From positions 128,001 through 192,000 of the forward strand of contig JBCBUK010000002.1 in assembly GCA_039818205.1 (NCBI GenBank): a stretch of DNA of 64,000 bases, read 5' to 3'. Under the pieces are notes generated by a model. It saw only the letters and a list, made by a program, of their open reading frames with translations, searched no databases and was not told where the DNA came from. The stretch is from Verrucomicrobiota bacterium. Lineage in GTDB: Bacteria; Verrucomicrobiota; Verrucomicrobiia; Opitutales; Cerasicoccaceae. This document shows positions 59,992-64,000 of the stretch, piece by piece (within the stretch, counting starts at the first letter, position 1; every line of letters begins with the position of its first letter). Made by a program: the position numbers and the translations under genes.

Positions 59992-60678
59992 ATGGGAGAT
60001 CAGCCACATCATTCCGGGCACCGCGCTCGTTTGCGGGAGCGGTTTGCAACCGGTGGTTTCGACCATTTTGCGGACCATGAGGTCGTGGAGCTTTTGCTGA
60101 CCCTTTGCATCCCACGTCGAGACGTAAAACCGTTGGCCAAGACCCTCTTGGCCAGGTTTGGTTCACTCAAGGGAATCTTGGATACCCCGATCGAGGAACT
60201 CCGGTGCATCGACGGAATTGGTGAGGTGACGCCGGTTGCACTACGAATCATCAAAGAGACGATGCTGCTCTACCTGCGTCAGGAAGCCGAAGAGCGTCCG
60301 TCTTACGACAGTGTAGATGCTCTGGTGGATCTTTGGCGTGCGCGGCTTGGAGAGCTTTCCCATGAGGTGTTTGAGGTCGCTTACCTGGACAACAGCTACC
60401 GCTTGATGAAGAACGGAATCGAGCGCCTGGAAGAGGGGGTCGCCAACCGCGCGAGTGTGTATCCCCAGAAGGTGGCTCGCGCCGCGCTCCAGCGGCACGC
60501 CGTTTACGTAGTTGTCGCTCATAATCATCCGACGGGAGAGCTCGAGCCTTCGCCCCAAGACATCCGCCTGACCGAGGCGATTAAGACGGCTTGCGATGCG
60601 GTCGGGATACAGCTGCTGGACCATCTGATAGCCACATCAGATGACGCAACCTCGTTTCTCGATCGAGGCCTTCTGTAA
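59992..60678 (+). CDS. radC: RadC family JAB-domain protein
   Basis: GHRARLRERF, ELLL, HhH IDGIG, HNHPTG...PS..D, LLDHLI. Confidence 0.92.
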   Translation: MGDQPHHSGHRARLRERFATGGFDHFADHEVVELLLTLCIPRRDVKPLAKTLLARFGSLKGILDTPIEELRCIDGIGEVTPVALRIIKETMLLYLRQEAEERPSYDSVDALVDLWRARLGELSHEVFEVAYLDNSYRLMKNGIERLEEGVANRASVYPQKVARAALQRHAVYVVVAHNHPTGELEPSPQDIRLTEAIKTACDAVGIQLLDHLIATSDDATSFLDRGLL

Positions 60679-60730
60679 AGATGTGCGAGGTGCGCATTGC
60701 GGGGATTTTGCCCGCTCGGCCCAAAATTAT

Positions 60731-61291
60731 CTATTCCTCAAGGATCAAGGTGTACCCGCCCGCTGAGATACCGTTCCGGAAAATGCCACTGCCTAAATTT
60801 CCATCGTCGATCTTTTCGTCGAGTTTTCGGGCTTGGTCATCATCCATGATCGAGTTCCGGATCGAAATTCCGGCACTGAAAGAGCCGAATGCTCCTGGGC
60901 CTTCCCAATCGTAGTTCCCTCCAACAACGGTTCGACTAGCGAAGTGGTCGCTGACGATGTATCCGTTCATTCCCGCGGGCAAGACGCCTTCGTTAACGTC
61001 TGGCGGCCAATCGCCGTTTTCCAAGTTATAGGTTTCGAATGCACCTCGAAACTGACGTAAGTCGTTTGCTAAACGGGTGTTTTGGCTTTGCGTGCGGGCA
61101 TTTTGGAAGGCTGGCAGCGCGATGACTGCGAGCAATCCGATAATAACAACCACGATCATCATTTCCACGAGAGTGAAACCACGACGATGGTTGGCGAGGC
61201 CCAGATTTTGAATGCTTTGGGCTAATGGCGCGATTGAATTAGAAGGGAGAAGGCCGCCGCGCCGAGCGTCTCTCCTGTTTATGATACACAT
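60731..61291 (-). CDS. Type IV pilin/pseudopilin-like protein (N-terminal methylation motif)
   Basis: RRG-FTLVEMMIVVVIIGLLAVIALP; start codon uncertain. Confidence 0.88.
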   Translation of the reverse strand: MCIINRRDARRGGLLPSNSIAPLAQSIQNLGLANHRRGFTLVEMMIVVVIIGLLAVIALPAFQNARTQSQNTRLANDLRQFRGAFETYNLENGDWPPDVNEGVLPAGMNGYIVSDHFASRTVVGGNYDWEGPGAFGSFSAGISIRNSIMDDDQARKLDEKIDDGNLGSGIFRNGISAGGYTLILEE

Positions 61292-61634
61292 GGTCGATAT
61301 GATAAATGTATGAAGTCGGTCAGCTTTATAATAATCTAGGGTTTCGAATTTATATCATGACTGTTTCGTCCTCAAGTGGCATCTAATCAACCCCTATGAT
61401 AGGCGTAAATTACCCCTGTTAACGATTCGTTAAGTTGTTGTAAAGCAGTTGATTGTAGAAGTTATAAAATAACGTAAAAATAAGGTTTATTCATTAAACT
61501 ATAGGGGCGTTATTTGTCTTATTTGAAGGTTCAACCTGATTGTATGAAATACTTGTAAATAACGCGATCATCGGGACACCTCTTTTCTGACTGGAAAAAT
61601 GAGGAAAAATAGTCCTTTTTGTTCGGTTTGCTCT

Positions 61635-62897
61635 ATGGAAACCCTTCGCAATTTCAGTCCTGAAGACGCTGTTACCGCTCGCGACCTGGCGGGTTCGGTA
61701 GCCTTCGTATACGACGAGGCGGCATTGCGTCAGCAAGCCGAACAGGCACTCGCCTTCCCGAATGCATTCGGATTGACCGTTCGCTTCGCGATGAAAGCGG
61801 CTCCCAATGCGGCGATCTTGAAATTGTTTACGCAGCTTGGCTTACACGTCGATGCATCTTCGGGCTGGGAGGTGCGTCGGGCTTTGCTCGCAGGTGTGCC
61901 CGCTGGGAATATCTCCCTTAGCACCCAGGAGTTGCCCGCAAATTTCAAAGAATTGATCGATGAAGGTATTGAGTTCAATGGCTGTTCGCTGAGCCAGTTG
62001 GATCAGTATGGCGCGGCTTTTCCGGGAAGCGCTTGCGGGGTCCGATTCAACCCAGGATTGGGCTCTGGAGGCACTGGTAAGACAAATGTTGGCGGGCCAC
62101 ACTCGAGCTTTGGTATCTGGCATGAATGGGCCGATGAGGTTGCTGCCATCGCAGAGAAGCATGGCCTCACGGTGAAGCGGATTCACACCCACATTGGTTC
62201 TGGAAGCGATCCCGCCGTCTGGGAGCGTGTTTCCCACCTGAGTTTAAATCTTGTTCGCCGATTTGGGGACGTGACGATCCTGAACCTGGGAGGCGGCTTC
62301 AAAGTCGCCCGGATGGCGTCGGAAGTCTCAACCGATCTCCAAATCGTCGGTGAGCCGGTAAAGCTAGCATTTCAAGCGCTGGCGGAGGAAACCGGCCGGA
62401 GAATTCATTTGGAGATCGAGCCTGGGACCTTTCTGGTTGCGAACGCGTGCTCCTTAGTCACGTCGGTTCAGGATCTGGTGGAGACTGGTGGCCCCGACGG
62501 GCGATCATTCTTGAAGCTCGATGGCGGGATGACTGAGATTCTACGCCCGTCGCTTTACGCTGCCCAGCACCCGATTATCGTGATCCCTCAGGAGGCGACT
62601 GACGAAACGGCCGAATACCTGGTGGTTGGACATTGTTGCGAGTCTGGGGATGTCTTGACCGTGGGCGAAGACGATCCTGAATCACTGCTGCCTCGCCAGC
62701 TGGCCAAGGCACGTATCGGCGACGTTTGCGTTATCGAAGGCGCTGGTGCTTATTGTTCCTCGATGAGTGCTAAAAACTACAACAGTTTTCCTGAAGCACC
62801 CGAACTTATGCGTGGGCTTGATGGGAAGTTTCGATTGATCCGCCGACGCCAGAGCTTGGAACAGATCCTGCAAAACGAAGTGGACGAATCTCTCTAA
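61635..62897 (+). CDS. lysA: Diaminopimelate decarboxylase
   Basis: [37 protein letters not shown]...M...YN. Confidence 0.88.
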   Translation: METLRNFSPEDAVTARDLAGSVAFVYDEAALRQQAEQALAFPNAFGLTVRFAMKAAPNAAILKLFTQLGLHVDASSGWEVRRALLAGVPAGNISLSTQELPANFKELIDEGIEFNGCSLSQLDQYGAAFPGSACGVRFNPGLGSGGTGKTNVGGPHSSFGIWHEWADEVAAIAEKHGLTVKRIHTHIGSGSDPAVWERVSHLSLNLVRRFGDVTILNLGGGFKVARMASEVSTDLQIVGEPVKLAFQALAEETGRRIHLEIEPGTFLVANACSLVTSVQDLVETGGPDGRSFLKLDGGMTEILRPSLYAAQHPIIVIPQEATDETAEYLVVGHCCESGDVLTVGEDDPESLLPRQLAKARIGDVCVIEGAGAYCSSMSAKNYNSFPEAPELMRGLDGKFRLIRRRQSLEQILQNEVDESL

Positions 62898-63724
62898 TGG
62901 GTAAATTGAGCAGCAAACTGCGACGAGATCCAATGACGGCGGTGCGACATCGAATCAATGCCGGGCGTGTCGCAGTCCAGCAGCAGATTGACTTTTTTCA
63001 GAAGCAGTGTGGCCAGGTCGCAAGTGATTGGAAGGCCGACGACTCGCGGGTCACCTTTGCTGATTTTGCCATTTCGGAGAAGCTCTTCGCCGAGTTACGA
63101 GGGAGTTTTCCAGAGGACGATTATTGTAGCGAAGAGTCGAACCCCGAAGATGAGGTCATGGCGCTCGATGCCGAGTTTGCTTGGGTACTCGATCCAATTG
63201 ATGGGACCAACAATTATTTCTTTGGTTTGTCGATGTGTGCGATATCCTTGGCGCTACTTCGCAACGGCGAACCCATCTACGGGTTTGTCTACGATCATTC
63301 ACGGCAGTGTTTGGTTGAGGGTGGCCCGGGATTCGGAGTCTTGGATGGGCGTGAAAAATCGACGGTGAAAGATGCACCGTTGGATCGGCATTGTATTATC
63401 GCGATGCATTTTCCGCTGAAGAATCCGGATTCAACCGTGCTACTTCCCTGGATCGAGAAGTATCGCCTCCGCTCACTGGGTAGTAGCACCCTAAACGTGA
63501 CTTACGCCGCGATTGGCAAGATTGATGGTTGCCTGGATTTTCGGGTCAAAGTCTGGGATATTGCTGCCGCCTATGCTCTGACGATGGGGGCGGGAGGCCA
63601 ATTCCACTGGTACTCGGAATCGCCGTTTCCACTTCGCACCTTTCATGTTGAGCAGCCGCTATTGCGATTTGCTGCTGGTTCGGAGGCCTTTATTGAGGCT
63701 GCGAAAGAGTTGCCGCTTAGTTGA
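62897..63724 (+). CDS. Inositol monophosphatase family protein
   Basis: VT.AD, SEE, WVLDPIDGTNNY, GS, WDIAA; TAATG coupling to lysA. Confidence 0.88.
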   Translation: MGKLSSKLRRDPMTAVRHRINAGRVAVQQQIDFFQKQCGQVASDWKADDSRVTFADFAISEKLFAELRGSFPEDDYCSEESNPEDEVMALDAEFAWVLDPIDGTNNYFFGLSMCAISLALLRNGEPIYGFVYDHSRQCLVEGGPGFGVLDGREKSTVKDAPLDRHCIIAMHFPLKNPDSTVLLPWIEKYRLRSLGSSTLNVTYAAIGKIDGCLDFRVKVWDIAAAYALTMGAGGQFHWYSESPFPLRTFHVEQPLLRFAAGSEAFIEAAKELPLS

Positions 63725-64000
63725 AGACAAAAGTCCGGCTGATCAGGTCAAACCCAGGCAAAGCATCGGGCAGATCGTCCGACATGTAGAACTCCGTGAC
63801 GAGAAGGCCTTTGCCTTTCCCGGGAATCGTAGTTGCAAAAATCCGGCAACCGCCAGGAATGATTCGCATGATCTTGCCTTTGAGGTGCTTCCCTTCGCCT
63901 TGGAAACTACCCCAGGATTCGAAATCACCGTAGGAGTAGGTGTCAATCGCCGGACCATCCAAGGCCTCAAGAACGCCGGACATGGTTTGCTCGAGATTCA
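63717..64000 (-). CDS. C-terminal fragment of a hypothetical protein (5' end may lie outside window)
   Basis: Frame stays open to the window edge upstream of ATG 63983. Confidence 0.55.
   Translation of the reverse strand, partial: NLEQTMSGVLEALDGPAIDTYSYGDFESWGSFQGEGKHLKGKIMRIIPGGCRIFATTIPGKGKGLLVTEFYMSDDLPDALPGFDLISRTFVFN

Noticed and set aside
59992..60678. RadC/JAB gene as a marker of a mobile element or CBASS-like defence system
   Set aside because: Full-length chromosomal RadC with HhH region; no E1/E2, cyclase or integrase nearby.

Overview
A gene-dense bacterial chromosomal segment with about 58 plausible CDS, mostly housekeeping. I found no rRNA, tRNA, CRISPR array, transposase, integrase or prophage. 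A PEP-CTERM protein, an orphan N-methylated pilin-like gene, a secreted FN3 protein ending in an FYRL-type tail, DUF5069 and a Chlamydia-like ribonucleotide reductase suggest Verrucomicrobiota (Opitutia-like); this taxonomy is inference. Recognisable genes include hisC, an RhlE-like helicase, metW, a dimeric dUTPase, purK, slyX, nrdB, nrdA, osmC, sixA, ispA, msrA, fliA, obgE, pyrG, ychF, moxR, ligA, an alpha-2-macroglobulin, trpD, glmM, radC, lysA and a suhB-family gene. The strongest leads are: (1) a GRDP-domain gene paired with an unknown protein ending in a Gly/Ser/Cys tail (...GCGGGCGGGCGG); (2) a tyrosyl-radical-less, class Ic-type NrdB separated from NrdA by an orphan DNA methyltransferase, with tandem NrdR boxes before each subunit gene; (3) a terminator hairpin inside the pyrG leader; (4) a sigma54 promoter with repeated upstream sites in front of an orphan sigma28; (5) a LigA lacking its zinc-finger cysteines and a Fur homologue lacking its metal ligands; (6) recurring leaderless promoter architecture. 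All family assignments come from motif recognition by eye; no database search was run.
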